Part shown: piece by piece, positions 37,979 to 52,106 of the stretch | How the letters are laid out: each line of letters begins with the position of its first letter | Numbering within the stretch: position 1 is the stretch's first letter | From: Escherichia coli | GTDB lineage: Bacteria; Pseudomonadota; Gammaproteobacteria; Enterobacterales; Enterobacteriaceae | Direction: 5' to 3' (one strand) | Assembly: GCF_002854065.1 (NCBI RefSeq) | Contig: NZ_CP024147.1 | DNA length: 64,000 nt | Made by a program: the position numbers and the translations under genes | The notes under the pieces: generated by a model | Database searches by the model: none | What the model saw: the letters and a program-made list of their open reading frames with translations, nothing else | Told to the model about the DNA's origin: nothing

Positions 37979-38760
37979 GCGTGCACGTTCATGTTTACGT
38001 GTTAACTCACTGTCGACTTTTGGATGATGAAGGAAGTGATTATATGTAATAATTTAACTCTGAAGGGCATTGCTTAATGGCATAGACATAATAGTTACCT
38101 TTATGAGTATTTCACTGATGCTTAGAAAAATAGATAAATTTTTCTGTGGTAAAAAGAGAAGTAAACAAATGACATGCATGTTTCTGTTGTAGTGATATCA
38201 ACTCTACACAGTGATATTAAATGGTGGGAAACACTCTAAAGTATCAAAAAACGCTCATTTAAAATTATTTGCATGCAATTTAAAAGCATATCTTATTACT
38301 AATTGGAATTTGATGTTGCTATATTGATGTCTATATTAATAATGCCTGTGAATGGTATTTTTGATGTATTTGATATGTTATCAATTTATATTATTTACAA
38401 ACTAATTGTTTTAAATAATACATAGCTGATTATGCGGAAATAAATAATTTCCCACCGGAATTAAGTAGCGGTGGTGACAAGTATTTTCATCTACGTAACT
38501 ATTCGGAATATTCAGAATATACTAGCGGTTTTTTTTTGAGTTTGATGATTTTTATCAAATCATGACTTTTTTCCTGAAAAGTCAGTAGATATTCATAGGC
38601 AAGTAAGGTTTTATACTTTGCTGACAGGATTCAGGCCTGTCTCAGACTGACATGGATGTAATGAACAAAAGGGAATGGCTATGGAAAATGAGCATCAATA
38701 CAGTGGTGCCCGGTGTTCAGGGCAAGCCGCATATGTTGCTAAACGTCAGGAGTGCGCAAA

Positions 38761-39153
38761 ATGATGCGCCAATCACTTCAGGCTGTTTTACCTGAAATTT
38801 CAGGCAATAAAACGTCACCGCTGCGTAAATCAGTATGCAGCGATCTCCTCACTCTTTTTAATTCTCCTCATTCGGCATTACCGTCATTACTTGTTTCAGG
38901 CATGCCCGAGTGGCAAGTGCATAACCCGAGCGACAAACATCTCCAGAGCTGGTATTGCCGTCAGCTGCGTTCTGCACTGTTATTTCATGAGCCACGGATT
39001 GCGGCGTTGCAGGTTAATTTGAAAGAAGCGTACTGCCACACTCTGGCGATCAGCCTTGAGATAATGCTGTATCACGACGATGAATCGCTAACGTTTGATC
39101 TGGTCTGGGATAATGGCGGTTGGCGCAGTGCGACGCTGGAGAATGTCAGCTAA
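38761..39153 (+). CDS. iraD: anti-adaptor protein stabilising RpoS
   Basis: 130 aa from [18 protein letters not shown], matches K-12 IraD (YjiD). Confidence 0.9.
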   Translation: MMRQSLQAVLPEISGNKTSPLRKSVCSDLLTLFNSPHSALPSLLVSGMPEWQVHNPSDKHLQSWYCRQLRSALLFHEPRIAALQVNLKEAYCHTLAISLEIMLYHDDESLTFDLVWDNGGWRSATLENVS

Positions 39154-40057
39154 GCACAATCTCCAGCTCGCGCAGTTCACGCCAGAAGCGTTCGGCAACT
39201 GGATTCATGCGGGTATTCATCCGGTATGCATAGGCCTGAATCGGGATCACCAGTTCGTCCCGATTCAGTACAACGAGCTGCCCGCTGCGAATTTCTTGTT
39301 GGATGGCGTATTCCGGTAGCCAGGCAATCCCACAGCCGTCGAGGGCAACCTGCTTTAAAAGCTCGCTCATCGAAGAGACAAAAAAGGTGCTGAAACTTAA
39401 CTCACTGTGGCGCGTCAGGGTGCGATTAATCAATCGCCCCATGTAGGAGTTGCGGCTGTAATTCAGTAACGGAAAGTGTGGCTGCGCGAGGTTAAAAAGT
39501 GCTTCTCCGTGTTCGTCACTGGCGCAAACGGGGAACAATTGAGATTCAAATAAGCGAATGTGGTCAAACGGCGCTTCCAGCAAATCTTCGTCGTGAAAGG
39601 AAAAAATACAGTCACTTTGCCCTTCACGCAGTTTATCGACCGCTTCATCGACATCAATAGCTTCAATTGCCCAGGTAAAGAGCGGCGGCATCTGGCTGAT
39701 AATGGACGGTAACAGCCCGAGGGAAAGAGAGTGTGCAGCGGCTATTTTAATTTTGCGTTGCGCGTAATCGCTGCCACCACGGAGTTCTGCAAGGTTGCTC
39801 TCTAACTGTTGCAACAGATGGCGGATCTGCGAATGGAATATTTTACCTTGTTCCGAGAGTTGCAGCGGCGTCACCTGGCGGTTAAACAATTCAACGCCAA
39901 TCGCCTGTTCCAGCGCACGGATGCGGCGGCTGAATGCCGGTTGCGAGACGTTGCGACTGACTGCTGCCTGGGAAAAATTGCGGCATTTTTCCAGGGTCAG
40001 AAAATCATAAAGCCATTTAGTTTCAATATTATGCAAAACCGCACCACAGTCATCCAT
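39146..40057 (-). CDS. hypT: LysR-family hypochlorite-responsive regulator
   Basis: 303 aa, matches K-12 YjiE/HypT. Its 3-prime end overlaps iraD by 8 nt. Confidence 0.9.
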   Translation of the reverse strand: MDDCGAVLHNIETKWLYDFLTLEKCRNFSQAAVSRNVSQPAFSRRIRALEQAIGVELFNRQVTPLQLSEQGKIFHSQIRHLLQQLESNLAELRGGSDYAQRKIKIAAAHSLSLGLLPSIISQMPPLFTWAIEAIDVDEAVDKLREGQSDCIFSFHDEDLLEAPFDHIRLFESQLFPVCASDEHGEALFNLAQPHFPLLNYSRNSYMGRLINRTLTRHSELSFSTFFVSSMSELLKQVALDGCGIAWLPEYAIQQEIRSGQLVVLNRDELVIPIQAYAYRMNTRMNPVAERFWRELRELEIVLS

Positions 40058-40121
40058 TACGTTTTACTCTGTCAGCCGCCCTTGCGGGCATTCTACGTCC
40101 ATTCGGGCGGCTGACAACCGT

Positions 40122-41294
40122 TTATGCCGTTTCAAACGTTCCTTTCACGCAGGCTTTGCCGTCTTTGACCATCAGCTTGCCGCGAGCGTATACCTGCTCA
40201 ATGCGTAATTCTGGCGTCATGACCAGTAAGTCTGCGTCATTGCCTGGCAGAATTTCGCCTTTCCCGCTCAGGTTAAGGAAACCGGCTACGCTACTGGTGA
40301 GCGGGCGCAGGGCATCGCTGATACTGAAATCATAATCTTTGACCAGCACCTGCACGGTTTCCAGCAACGTTTCAAAACCGGCAACACCGATATGGGTTAA
40401 ATTCCCTTCGTCATCGAAGAACGGCTGGCTACCGTTGCCGTCGGAGCTGAGGGTGACGCGTGCCAGCGGAATACCTGCCTGAACGGCGCGGGCAATACCT
40501 TCGGCAGGGGCGACTGGTTCGTCAATGCTGCTGGTGATATCGATGGTGCCGCCTTTGCGCGCGAACTCCAGCGCCTGCTCAAACAACGGAACGTTGCGGT
40601 TAACGTGGGTCGGCAGCAACTTGCTAATCGGCACATCGCAGTTTTCCAGCAGGTCATAGACAGGCTGTAACGCCTTTTTGCTGTCGCCCATGTGGAACAC
40701 GGTGACGCCAGGTTTACCGCCGAGCAAACCGCCAACGCGGGATTCCGCCGCCATATTAGCCAGGTGATAAACGTCCGGTGCGGCAGAACGGTGATCAGAG
40801 ATGGCGCATTTCACGCCAATCACGCGATCGATAATCGCCACGTCTTTTTCCACGGAACCCGTAATAGTGCGGGAAGGGACATGATAAGCGCCGGTCAGCA
40901 TCCAGGCGCTGATGCCTTCTTCATTGAGCGCACGGGTCTTGGCGAGCAGGGATTCCGGGTGGCGAGAGATAGAGTCGGTGCCCAGCAGACCAACCACTGA
41001 CGTGACGCCTGCTTCCGTCAGACGACTTAACGCCACTTCCGGCGTGCGCGTCGTGGGACCTGCTTCGCCGCCACCGCCAATCAAATGGACGTGTTGATCA
41101 ATAAAACCTGGGCAGAGGATCTGCCCGCTGAGATCGACAACCGTGCAGTCCGGTACAATGTCAGAAGGGATATTACTGGCAACGGCGATAATTTTGCCGT
41201 TAGCGACGAGGACATCGCAAATTCCCCGATCTTCCGGCGCATACAAATGCGCTCCCTGCAGCAGGGTAAAACCGGCTGCGGTATAATCAATCAT
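40122..41294 (-). CDS. iadA: isoaspartyl dipeptidase
   Basis: 390 aa, matches K-12 IadA. Confidence 0.95.
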   Translation of the reverse strand: MIDYTAAGFTLLQGAHLYAPEDRGICDVLVANGKIIAVASNIPSDIVPDCTVVDLSGQILCPGFIDQHVHLIGGGGEAGPTTRTPEVALSRLTEAGVTSVVGLLGTDSISRHPESLLAKTRALNEEGISAWMLTGAYHVPSRTITGSVEKDVAIIDRVIGVKCAISDHRSAAPDVYHLANMAAESRVGGLLGGKPGVTVFHMGDSKKALQPVYDLLENCDVPISKLLPTHVNRNVPLFEQALEFARKGGTIDITSSIDEPVAPAEGIARAVQAGIPLARVTLSSDGNGSQPFFDDEGNLTHIGVAGFETLLETVQVLVKDYDFSISDALRPLTSSVAGFLNLSGKGEILPGNDADLLVMTPELRIEQVYARGKLMVKDGKACVKGTFETA

Positions 41295-41306
41295 GGTAAC
41301 TCCTTG

Positions 41307-41768
41307 TTAAACAATAAGCTGCATAACCCAGATCGACAGCAATGCGTTAATCACGCAGACCGTAATGATATGCGGGTAATATTTGGCATTCACTTCGGCT
41401 GTCCCCAGGCAGCGACCGACATTTTGCACCGGGTTGCCCATTAAATACATCGCGGGCAGTAAAACGGTGACATCGTGACCGGTTAATGCGCCAGCGGTTG
41501 CCAGACTGGCGGCAACACCGACTGCGCCACCCATACTCATTAATGCGGCTAAAAGGACGGTTGCCGCTTCACCGGGTAATCCCCACAGCGCCATTACGGG
41601 TTCACAGATATGCCCCACCCAGTCGAGCAGGCCGGTAATTTTCAGCGCCTGAATGATGACAAACGCCATCACCACGTTTGGCAGCAGGTTGGTCGTGGCG
41701 ATAGTAAAGCCACGGCGCGCACCATCGATAAACATATCCATGATGTTTTTGCGGACCTGAGTTGTCAT
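41307..41768 (-). CDS. yjiG: inner-membrane protein YjiG (SpmB-like)
   Basis: 153 aa and hydrophobic. Position matches K-12. Confidence 0.9.
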   Translation of the reverse strand: MTTQVRKNIMDMFIDGARRGFTIATTNLLPNVVMAFVIIQALKITGLLDWVGHICEPVMALWGLPGEAATVLLAALMSMGGAVGVAASLATAGALTGHDVTVLLPAMYLMGNPVQNVGRCLGTAEVNAKYYPHIITVCVINALLSIWVMQLIV

Positions 41769-42448
41769 GCTTGCGCTCCTTGCGTTGGGTTGCGACGTTC
41801 TTCGAAGTTAAGCCAGACGCGCAAAATGTTGGCTCCGACAAATTTAAACACCAGGATGACTGCTAAAGGTACGATTACGGACGTGCCCAGAAAGGCAAAC
41901 ACCGCGACGCCGGAAGAGAAGTAGTTGGTGATAATGGCGCTACCGCTGGTTTGATATGCGGCGAAAATCACTTTATCGCGTTCGGTAATTTCACCTTCCT
42001 GCGCCAGCTCTTTGGTCATACCTGCGGCGGCATCGGTGTTTTGCAGGTTAGCGATCAGCGCCAGCGAGCAGATCCCTGGAATGCCCAACAACGGTTTTAG
42101 CACTGGCGTCATTAACTGCTGCGCGGCGCGTGATCCGCCAAGACCATCGGTAATTGAAATAATCCCCAGAGAGAGAATGACTGACGGTGCCAGCTCCAGC
42201 GCAAAGAGAAAGCCATCTTTAGCCCCCGCGCCACCCGCGCCGCGAAACGAGGTGGTGGCTCCGTTCGCACCAGGCAGTTGCCCAAACGATCCGTTCAGAA
42301 CGGAAAAATCAAAAACGCGCCACCAACTGTCTGTCCCGGAAAAAACACCGGAAAAAAAGATTATGGTGAGAAAAAAAGCCAGATACCCTTTAATGCCCAC
42401 TTTTTCTGTCGCCAGCTCCCCGGCTACAGCATCCCCTTGTTGTGTCAT
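41765..42448 (-). CDS. yjiH: inner-membrane protein YjiH (SpmA-like)
   Basis: 227 aa from MTQQGDAVAGELATEKV. ATGA overlap with yjiG. Confidence 0.85.
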   Translation of the reverse strand: MTQQGDAVAGELATEKVGIKGYLAFFLTIIFFSGVFSGTDSWWRVFDFSVLNGSFGQLPGANGATTSFRGAGGAGAKDGFLFALELAPSVILSLGIISITDGLGGSRAAQQLMTPVLKPLLGIPGICSLALIANLQNTDAAAGMTKELAQEGEITERDKVIFAAYQTSGSAIITNYFSSGVAVFAFLGTSVIVPLAVILVFKFVGANILRVWLNFEERRNPTQGAQA

Positions 42449-42696
42449 AACAATCCCCATTGTTTTTTGTGTTTGTGTGTTGCTTGAGCCAGGAAAATTC
42501 CTGGAGCTGAAAAACCTTATCAGCCATGTGGGTATGGGGAAAATGCAAGTATGTTTCTGACTATGCGTTTTTTGCATAGCGGTAAAATTACGCTGTGTGG
42601 AAAAGGTTCTACGCAGGATTGAGTTGCAGAAAATTCATAAACCCAGTGACAATGACATAGTAAATAAAAAACAGATAATCCAGGGACGAAAACGCG

Positions 42697-43251
42697 ATGG
42701 CAAAGTACAACGAAAAAGAGCTGGCGGATACGAGCAAGTTTTTAAGTTTTGTCCTCCGACACAAACCGGAGGCGATTGGTATCGTACTGGACCGTGAAGG
42801 ATGGGCGGATATCGATAAGCTCATACTTTGTGCCCAAAAAGCGGGCAAGCGGTTAACCCGTGCATTGCTGGATACCGTGGTTGCCACCAGCGATAAAAAG
42901 CGTTTTAGTTATTCCAGTGATGGTAGGTGCATCCGCGCGGTTCAGGGGCATTCGACTTCGCAGGTCGCTATTTCCTTTGCCGAAAAAACACCGCCACAGT
43001 TTCTCTACCACGGTACGGCAAGCCGTTTCCTTGACGAGATAAAAAAACAGGGGCTGATTGCAGGTGAGCGTCACTACGTACATCTCTCTGCTGATGAAGC
43101 AACGGCACGCAAAGTGGGAGCAAGACACGGATCGCCGGTTATTTTAACCGTCAAAGCACAGGAAATGGCGAAACGAGGCCTCCCTTTCTGGCAAGCGGAA
43201 AACGGGGTCTGGCTGACATCAACGGTTGCGGTCGAATTTCTTGAGTGGTAA
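42697..43251 (+). CDS. kptA: RNA 2-prime-phosphotransferase (Tpt1 family)
   Basis: 184 aa, matches K-12 KptA. Confidence 0.95.
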   Translation: MAKYNEKELADTSKFLSFVLRHKPEAIGIVLDREGWADIDKLILCAQKAGKRLTRALLDTVVATSDKKRFSYSSDGRCIRAVQGHSTSQVAISFAEKTPPQFLYHGTASRFLDEIKKQGLIAGERHYVHLSADEATARKVGARHGSPVILTVKAQEMAKRGLPFWQAENGVWLTSTVAVEFLEW

Positions 43252-43263
43252 GGGAAACACTCC

Positions 43264-44442
43264 TCATGAAGTGACCACTTGCAGCTTAAATAATTGTACT
43301 GTGCTGATAAGCGCAGCAATAAACAACGCCGCCGCGCCGCAGAGAGTGGCGCCGGCAAGCGCCGATGTTCCATTGCCGAGCATACTGGTCAGCGCCGGGC
43401 CGAGGATTTGTCCAATGCCGTAAATGAGCGTCACAAAGCCTAAAAGATTGAGATTTCCCGGTACGCTCAGTTGGCGGGCGATAGTCATCACCAGAGATGT
43501 CGTGCCCATAAAGGTACCGCCAAAACCAAGACTGCTGATGATAAGCAAGAGAGGCGAGTCGCTGGCGAGAGTAAGCAGCACACAGATAGCCTGCACCAGC
43601 AAATTCGCCGTCAGGCAGGGCAAAGCCCACCAACGTTTTGCTGCCCATAGCCAGCCAAAGCAACCAGGCACAATTGATAAGCCGACTAACGTCCAGAGAT
43701 GGGCGGTTAACAATGGTGAGCCTGCATCTTTCGCCATGAGCGGCAGGTAAGTCGCGACGATGATATAACCAAATCCCGCCAGGCCGTACAGAATAGCCAG
43801 TAACCACCAGCTCATTATCTGTTGCTCCGTTTTTGCCAATGGCATTGGTGTGATGGCGTGTTTTTTCGAGGGCATTAAAAGCGTAAGTGCAATCAGCATC
43901 ATGCCAGAAAGCGCCCCGGCGCCTTGCCATAACGTTTGCGAGGAGAGGTCAAAATGCAGGCCTGCCAGAACATATTCATTGCCCAGTGCGATGCCAATGC
44001 CAACGCCAGAAAACAAAGCTGCCAGCACAAAAGGATGGCGCGTGTGCTGCATAATCAGCGTCGAACCAAAAATCAGCATACCGGCGCTGGCGACACCTGC
44101 CAGGACGCGAATCAATAACACCAGAATAAATGGCAGCAACCATGCCATTGCGAGGATCAACAACCCGCTCGCCAGGGCAGAAGCCAACAGAAATGGGCGC
44201 AGGCGCGATGGCTGGTGAAATGCGCCAAACGAAAATAGCAGACTGCCAGCCAGATACCCCGCATAGTTGCCGCTGGCAATCCACGAGAGCTGGCTAAATG
44301 AAAACGATCCTTCCGCCATCATGACGGGCAACATAGGCGTATAAAGGAAGCGGCCTAAACCCATACCTAAGGTCAGAACCAGCATCCCGAAAAGCGCGGT
44401 GCTGAAAGAAAAGCGTTCTACGGGATGCGAGGGCGAAGGCAT
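43264..44442 (-). CDS. yjiJ: MFS-like membrane protein YjiJ
   Basis: 392 aa with multiple TM segments. Position matches K-12. Confidence 0.9.
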   Translation of the reverse strand: MPSPSHPVERFSFSTALFGMLVLTLGMGLGRFLYTPMLPVMMAEGSFSFSQLSWIASGNYAGYLAGSLLFSFGAFHQPSRLRPFLLASALASGLLILAMAWLLPFILVLLIRVLAGVASAGMLIFGSTLIMQHTRHPFVLAALFSGVGIGIALGNEYVLAGLHFDLSSQTLWQGAGALSGMMLIALTLLMPSKKHAITPMPLAKTEQQIMSWWLLAILYGLAGFGYIIVATYLPLMAKDAGSPLLTAHLWTLVGLSIVPGCFGWLWAAKRWWALPCLTANLLVQAICVLLTLASDSPLLLIISSLGFGGTFMGTTSLVMTIARQLSVPGNLNLLGFVTLIYGIGQILGPALTSMLGNGTSALAGATLCGAAALFIAALISTVQLFKLQVVTS

Positions 44443-44509
44443 GTTTAACCTTGTTTGTCATTTTTGTTGTTAACAAGTTAATAACAAAAAGGTGAAACAT
44501 GCCAGCCTG

Positions 44510-47617
<3,108 letters not shown>

Positions 47618-47732
47618 GATTTTCCTTCCCCGTACCACGGGAGATAATGAAAAGAGGCCACATTATTACCATTCTTTTAGTGTGGTTTATTTGATCTCTC
47701 TCGCGGTTAGCCACTTAGTTTTTCATGGATTT

Positions 47733-49013
47733 CTATAAATTGCCGAGGGGGAACAAGGCCGGGAGCTGCGACAGCAAATACAAAATAAGTCCAATACAAC
47801 CGCCAACCAGCGTACCGTTGACACGGATAAACTGGAGATCTTTGCCGATATTTAACTCGATTTGCCGCGACATGTCCCGTGCGTCCCAGCTTTTTACCGT
47901 GTCGCTGATATGGCGAGTCAGGAATGCGGAAAACTCAGGCGCAATGCGGTGTGCGGCTTGTTCCAGATGACCATTTAACGACGCCCGCAAGGCATCATCG
48001 GCAATTAACGTTTCGCCAAACCATTGACCAGCCCGCGCGATACGTTCTTTCACACGAGAATCTTCACTGTTGATATCCGCTTTCAGCCATTCCCGTAAAT
48101 CCCCCCACAATTCACTGAGATAGCGGTTAAAAGCTTCATCTTCTTTCAGATAGCTTTTTACGGCATCGGCTCGCGCCGCCATTTCCGGATCGTTTTTCAG
48201 TTTCTCGATCAGGGCGAAGGTAGCGCGATCAAACGCATGGCGGATCTGATGCGCACGATCGCGGCTGATATCATCAAGCAAAGAATTCACCGCGTCAGAA
48301 ACCAACTCCGCGCTATGTTCGCCCAGCCATTCAGTGGGCAAAATTTTGGCTTTCAGTGGATGCTCGCTCTCCAGCCAGCGAACAATTTGCTGGGCAATAA
48401 ACTTGCGCGATTTATCGCGCTGGAGAAGGGCGATCAACTGTGCGATCAGCGTATCCAGCAGCACCTGATGACGATCGTTTTTAGTCATACTCTCCAGCAT
48501 CAACGCACTGGTGCCAGAAAGATCGACTTTATCAATCGCCCGGTGGACCGCGCGCTTAAGCAGGCGCTGAATACGCGCATCATCGGTTAGTTCAAGAAAA
48601 CCGCTCATGATCTGCAACAGATGCTGACCAACGCGGCGGGCGTTTTCTGGCTGACTAAACCAGTTGCCAATCAACAACGCCGGTTCGTGACGTCGAATCA
48701 ATGCCACCAGCGATTGGGTATCGAGAAATTTTTCCTGCACGAACTGGCCGAGATTTTCGCCAATCCGGTCTTTATTACGCGGAATAATCGCCGTATGACG
48801 AGAAATGATCGGAATCGGCACGCGGCGAAACAGCGCCACCACCGCAAACCAGTCCGCCAGCGCGCCGACCATCGCCGCTTCAGCAATCGCCTTCACGCCG
48901 CTCACCCAAAAATTGGGCGGCAAAAACAGCGTAACGACAAAGGTAGCAGCGGCGATAAGCAGTAAAGAGAGCGCCAACATTTTGGCGCGTCTGAGTTCAA
49001 TGAGTTTATTCAT
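47733..49013 (-). CDS. yjiN: DUF445 membrane protein YjiN
   Basis: 426 aa from [12 protein letters not shown], matches K-12 YjiN. Confidence 0.9.
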   Translation of the reverse strand: MNKLIELRRAKMLALSLLLIAAATFVVTLFLPPNFWVSGVKAIAEAAMVGALADWFAVVALFRRVPIPIISRHTAIIPRNKDRIGENLGQFVQEKFLDTQSLVALIRRHEPALLIGNWFSQPENARRVGQHLLQIMSGFLELTDDARIQRLLKRAVHRAIDKVDLSGTSALMLESMTKNDRHQVLLDTLIAQLIALLQRDKSRKFIAQQIVRWLESEHPLKAKILPTEWLGEHSAELVSDAVNSLLDDISRDRAHQIRHAFDRATFALIEKLKNDPEMAARADAVKSYLKEDEAFNRYLSELWGDLREWLKADINSEDSRVKERIARAGQWFGETLIADDALRASLNGHLEQAAHRIAPEFSAFLTRHISDTVKSWDARDMSRQIELNIGKDLQFIRVNGTLVGGCIGLILYLLSQLPALFPLGNL

Positions 49014-49053
49014 AATGTTAAGAATAGAGCCTGACGGCAGGATCGCGCAAAAA

Positions 49054-50286
49054 TCACCGCTCCTCCGCCAGCTCGGCAGCCTGATGTTGGCGCACGCGAT
49101 TAAGCAATCCGGCCAGGGTGAAAACGACGATAACGCCTGCCACAACGGCTAACAGATGAAACGGCAAGCGACCGCTGTTAAACCACAGCCAGCGGCCGAT
49201 TTCGACCGAGACAGACATCACCATCAGGATCACCATATTCAGCGATGCGGAGACGGTCCCTTTCGGTAAGTTATTGGAAAACAGCGTAAAGCGGAATAAG
49301 GTCGGGAAAATCAAACCAATCCCGAAAGCATACAGACTGGTGCCCAGCACCGACCACAGCCAGACGTGCGGTGACAGCAGATTGCCGATAATCAACAGCG
49401 CGAGGCCAACCAGTTGAAGGGGTACGGCACGCCAGATAAAGCGCGGTTCGGTCGGATCTTTAACGAAACGCGCCACGATGGCATTCGCGACAATCACCGC
49501 GCCGAACACCGGAACCTGTGTCCAGGCGAACTGCGAAGTTGTTAAGCCGCCCGCGTCGATCAGGATCACCGGCGAGACAGCCACCCAACTCATCATGGGG
49601 ATATAGCTTAAAGAGATGGTTGCTGCGCCAAAGAGGAACAGCCGATTGCAAAAGACATTACGAAAATCGCGCAAGACGCTTTTGGCGCTAAATGGAACCG
49701 CGCCGCGCTTCACCGTCTCTGGCATCGCCAGCAGTAAGCCAACAAATGAGATAAAACCCATAACCGCAATGATGGCAAAAAGGACTTTCCAGTGCACAAA
49801 GTGCATCAGAGCTGCGCCGGAAAGCGGGCCAATAATCGGCGCAATCAGTACGATGGAGGTGATAATCGCCATCAACTTGATCCCTTTTGTCTGTCCGAAC
49901 GCCTCCTGCACCGTGACATAACCAACGGTGGCAATAAAACAGATACTGGTGCCCTGAATTGCACGCGCGATAAGAAACTGTGTCATAGACGTTGTGAACA
50001 TTGTCGCAGCGCAGGCAAGGGTAAATATTAGCGCCCCGGTAATCAGCACCGGCCTGCGGCCAACCCTGTCGGAAAGCGGCCCCAGCAGCCACTGCAATGC
50101 CATGCCTCCAGCGAGATAGAGACTGACGGCAGCCGGGGCCAGACTGACATCGGCATTAAAATCACGGACCACATTAATGATCCCTGGCTGGATCAGGTCC
50201 GTCGACAGATACGCAGCAAAGTCATACAAAATCAACGCCATCGGGAAAAACAGCGTGGCGGCATGGCGGGCAAAAAAACGTGGCAT
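49054..50286 (-). CDS. mdtM: MFS multidrug efflux pump
   Basis: 410 aa from [14 protein letters not shown], matches K-12 MdtM (YjiO). Confidence 0.95.
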   Translation of the reverse strand: MPRFFARHAATLFFPMALILYDFAAYLSTDLIQPGIINVVRDFNADVSLAPAAVSLYLAGGMALQWLLGPLSDRVGRRPVLITGALIFTLACAATMFTTSMTQFLIARAIQGTSICFIATVGYVTVQEAFGQTKGIKLMAIITSIVLIAPIIGPLSGAALMHFVHWKVLFAIIAVMGFISFVGLLLAMPETVKRGAVPFSAKSVLRDFRNVFCNRLFLFGAATISLSYIPMMSWVAVSPVILIDAGGLTTSQFAWTQVPVFGAVIVANAIVARFVKDPTEPRFIWRAVPLQLVGLALLIIGNLLSPHVWLWSVLGTSLYAFGIGLIFPTLFRFTLFSNNLPKGTVSASLNMVILMVMSVSVEIGRWLWFNSGRLPFHLLAVVAGVIVVFTLAGLLNRVRQHQAAELAEER

Positions 50287-50600
50287 AACAAACAACTCCT
50301 TGTCCGGAGAACCCCAATGGGGAAAACGAAATTCAATACCGTCGGTAATGACGAAAGGCAGGCGAGAAGGACAAATGTACTGAATTTCATGTAATCAACC
50401 ACACTGCCTGCGAATACACAGACAGAGAAATACCTTCTGACTCCAGGTCAGAATGTATAACGATTACAAATAGTCATCAGCACATTACACCTCTTTAATT
50501 GATGGCTTGCATAGAAAATATACACCTTAAGTGTAATTAAAATTTGGTAATGCTGCCAACTTACTGATTTAGTGTATGATGGTGATTTTAAGGTGCTTGC

Positions 50601-50876
50601 GTGGCTTCCATTTCCATCAGATGTCCTTCCTGCTCCACTACTGAAGGCGTGGTGCGTAACGGCAAAAGCACTGCCGGACATCAGCGCTATCTCTGCTCTC
50701 ATTGCCGTAAAACATGGCAACTACAGTTCACTTACACCGCCTCTCAGCCCGGTACGCACCAGAAAATCATTGATATGGCCATGAATGGCGTCGGATGTCG
50801 CGCCAGTGCACGCATTATGGGCGTTGGCCTCAACACGGTTTTACGTCACTTAAAAAACTCAGGCCGCAGTCGGTAA
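50601..50876 (+). CDS. insA: IS1 InsA (variant)
   Basis: 91 aa, [43 protein letters not shown]... Confidence 0.85.
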   Translation: MASISIRCPSCSTTEGVVRNGKSTAGHQRYLCSHCRKTWQLQFTYTASQPGTHQKIIDMAMNGVGCRASARIMGVGLNTVLRHLKNSGRSR

Positions 50877-51298
50877 CCTCGCGCATACAACCGGGCAGTG
50901 ATGTGATTGTCTGCGCTGAAATGGACGAACAGTGGGGCTACGTCGGTGCTAAATCACGTCAGCGCTGGCTGTTTTACGCGTATGACAGGATACGGAGGAC
51001 GGTTGTGGCGCACGTCTTCGGTGAACGCACTCTGGCCACACTGGAGCGTCTTCTGAGCCTGCTGTCGGCCTTTGAGGTCGTAGTATAGATGACGGATGGC
51101 TGGCCGCTGTATGAATCACGCCTGAAGGGAAAGCTGCACGTTATCAGCAAGCGTTACACTCAGCGCATTGAGCGACATAACCTGAATCTGAGACAACATC
51201 TGGCAAGGCTGGGACGGAAGTCACTGTCGTTCTCAAAATCGGTGGAGCTGCATGACAAGGTCATCGGGCATTATCTGAACATAAAACACTATCAGTAA
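50795..51298 (+). pseudogene. insB: IS1 insB frame interrupted by a nonsense codon
   Basis: TAG at 51086-51088 (FEVVV*MTDGW) where the fimH copy has TGG ([11 protein letters not shown]). Confidence 0.85.
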
Positions 51299-51496
51299 GT
51301 TGGAGTCATTACCCGACAGCGAGGTGTTTAGTGTGCCATGTCAGGCGAGAAATTCTATTGGATGAATCAAGTCCAACTTACTCATTGTCAATTTCATGGT
51401 TGATTATTCGAAACGTGATGCTATTTCCAACATCAACGCTATAATTGCAGAATAATTGTAGATACATTTTTGTATATACAATTAGGGATGGCAATT

Positions 51497-51784
51497 ATGC
51501 CAATGGAGTTTGAATGGGATGAAAACAAGGCCAAAAGTAATCGGGTGAAACATGGCATCCGCTTTGAAGATGCGGTGTTATTGTTTGATGATCCACAACA
51601 TTTGTCACAGCAAGAACGCATAGAAAACGGTGAGTATCGCTGGCAGACAATCGGCCTGGTTTACGGCATCGTGGTTATTCTGGTTGCGCATACCATCCGT
51701 TTCGAAAGCGGAAATGAAATTATTCGAATCATCAGTGCACGAAAAGCAGATCGTAAAGAGAGGAATCGCTATGAGCATGGTTAA
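51497..51784 (+). CDS. brnT: BrnT-family toxin (DUF497 ribonuclease)
   Basis: MPMEFEWDENKAKSNRVKHGIRFEDAVLLFDDP matches the BrnT/DUF497 N-terminal signature. TAGGGA SD is present. Confidence 0.8.
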   Translation: MPMEFEWDENKAKSNRVKHGIRFEDAVLLFDDPQHLSQQERIENGEYRWQTIGLVYGIVVILVAHTIRFESGNEIIRIISARKADRKERNRYEHG

Positions 51785-52073
51785 ACATAAACGAGGGACC
51801 TCCTCTACACTCGATGTGCAGCATGAGGCCGAACTGAAGGCGCTGACGAATAAATCCGACGAAGATATTGATTACAGTGATATCCCACCTTCCAGCGATG
51901 AGCAATGGTCTAACGCCGAACGCGGTAAGTTTTATCGGCCATTGAAAACTCAGGCTTCGGTGCGTATTGATGCTGATGTGATGGAATGGTTGAAGCGACC
52001 AGGTAAAGGCTATCAAACTCGCCTGAACGCAATTTTACGTGAAGCGATGCTGCGCGATCAGAACAAAAAATAA
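51771..52073 (+). CDS. brnA: BrnA-family antitoxin
   Basis: DEDIDYSDIPP...FYRPLKTQASVRIDADVMEWLKRPGKGYQTRLNAILREAM matches the BrnA (DUF4415-like) pattern. Its ATG overlaps the end of brnT by 14 nt. Confidence 0.8.
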   Translation: MSMVKHKRGTSSTLDVQHEAELKALTNKSDEDIDYSDIPPSSDEQWSNAERGKFYRPLKTQASVRIDADVMEWLKRPGKGYQTRLNAILREAMLRDQNKK

Positions 52074-52106
52074 TTCAGGCCGCCACATGGCGGCCATCAT
52101 CCAAAA

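Larger units (their letters stand above)
50546..51313 (+). mobile_element. IS1 variant (768 bp), defective, without target site duplication
   Basis: Ends are GGTAATGCTGCCAACTTACTGAT ... ATCAGTAAGTTGGAGTCATTACC. The flanking 9-mers differ (TTAAAATTT versus CGACAGCGA). It is visibly diverged from the fimH copy. Confidence 0.9.

Noticed and set aside
37979-38056. Possible N-terminal truncation of yjiC (239 aa here, against a longer protein as I vaguely recall for K-12).
   Set aside because: The upstream in-frame sequence is closed by a TAA at 38054-38056 and contains no start codon. I cannot recall the K-12 N-terminus well enough to claim a mutation. This needs an alignment.
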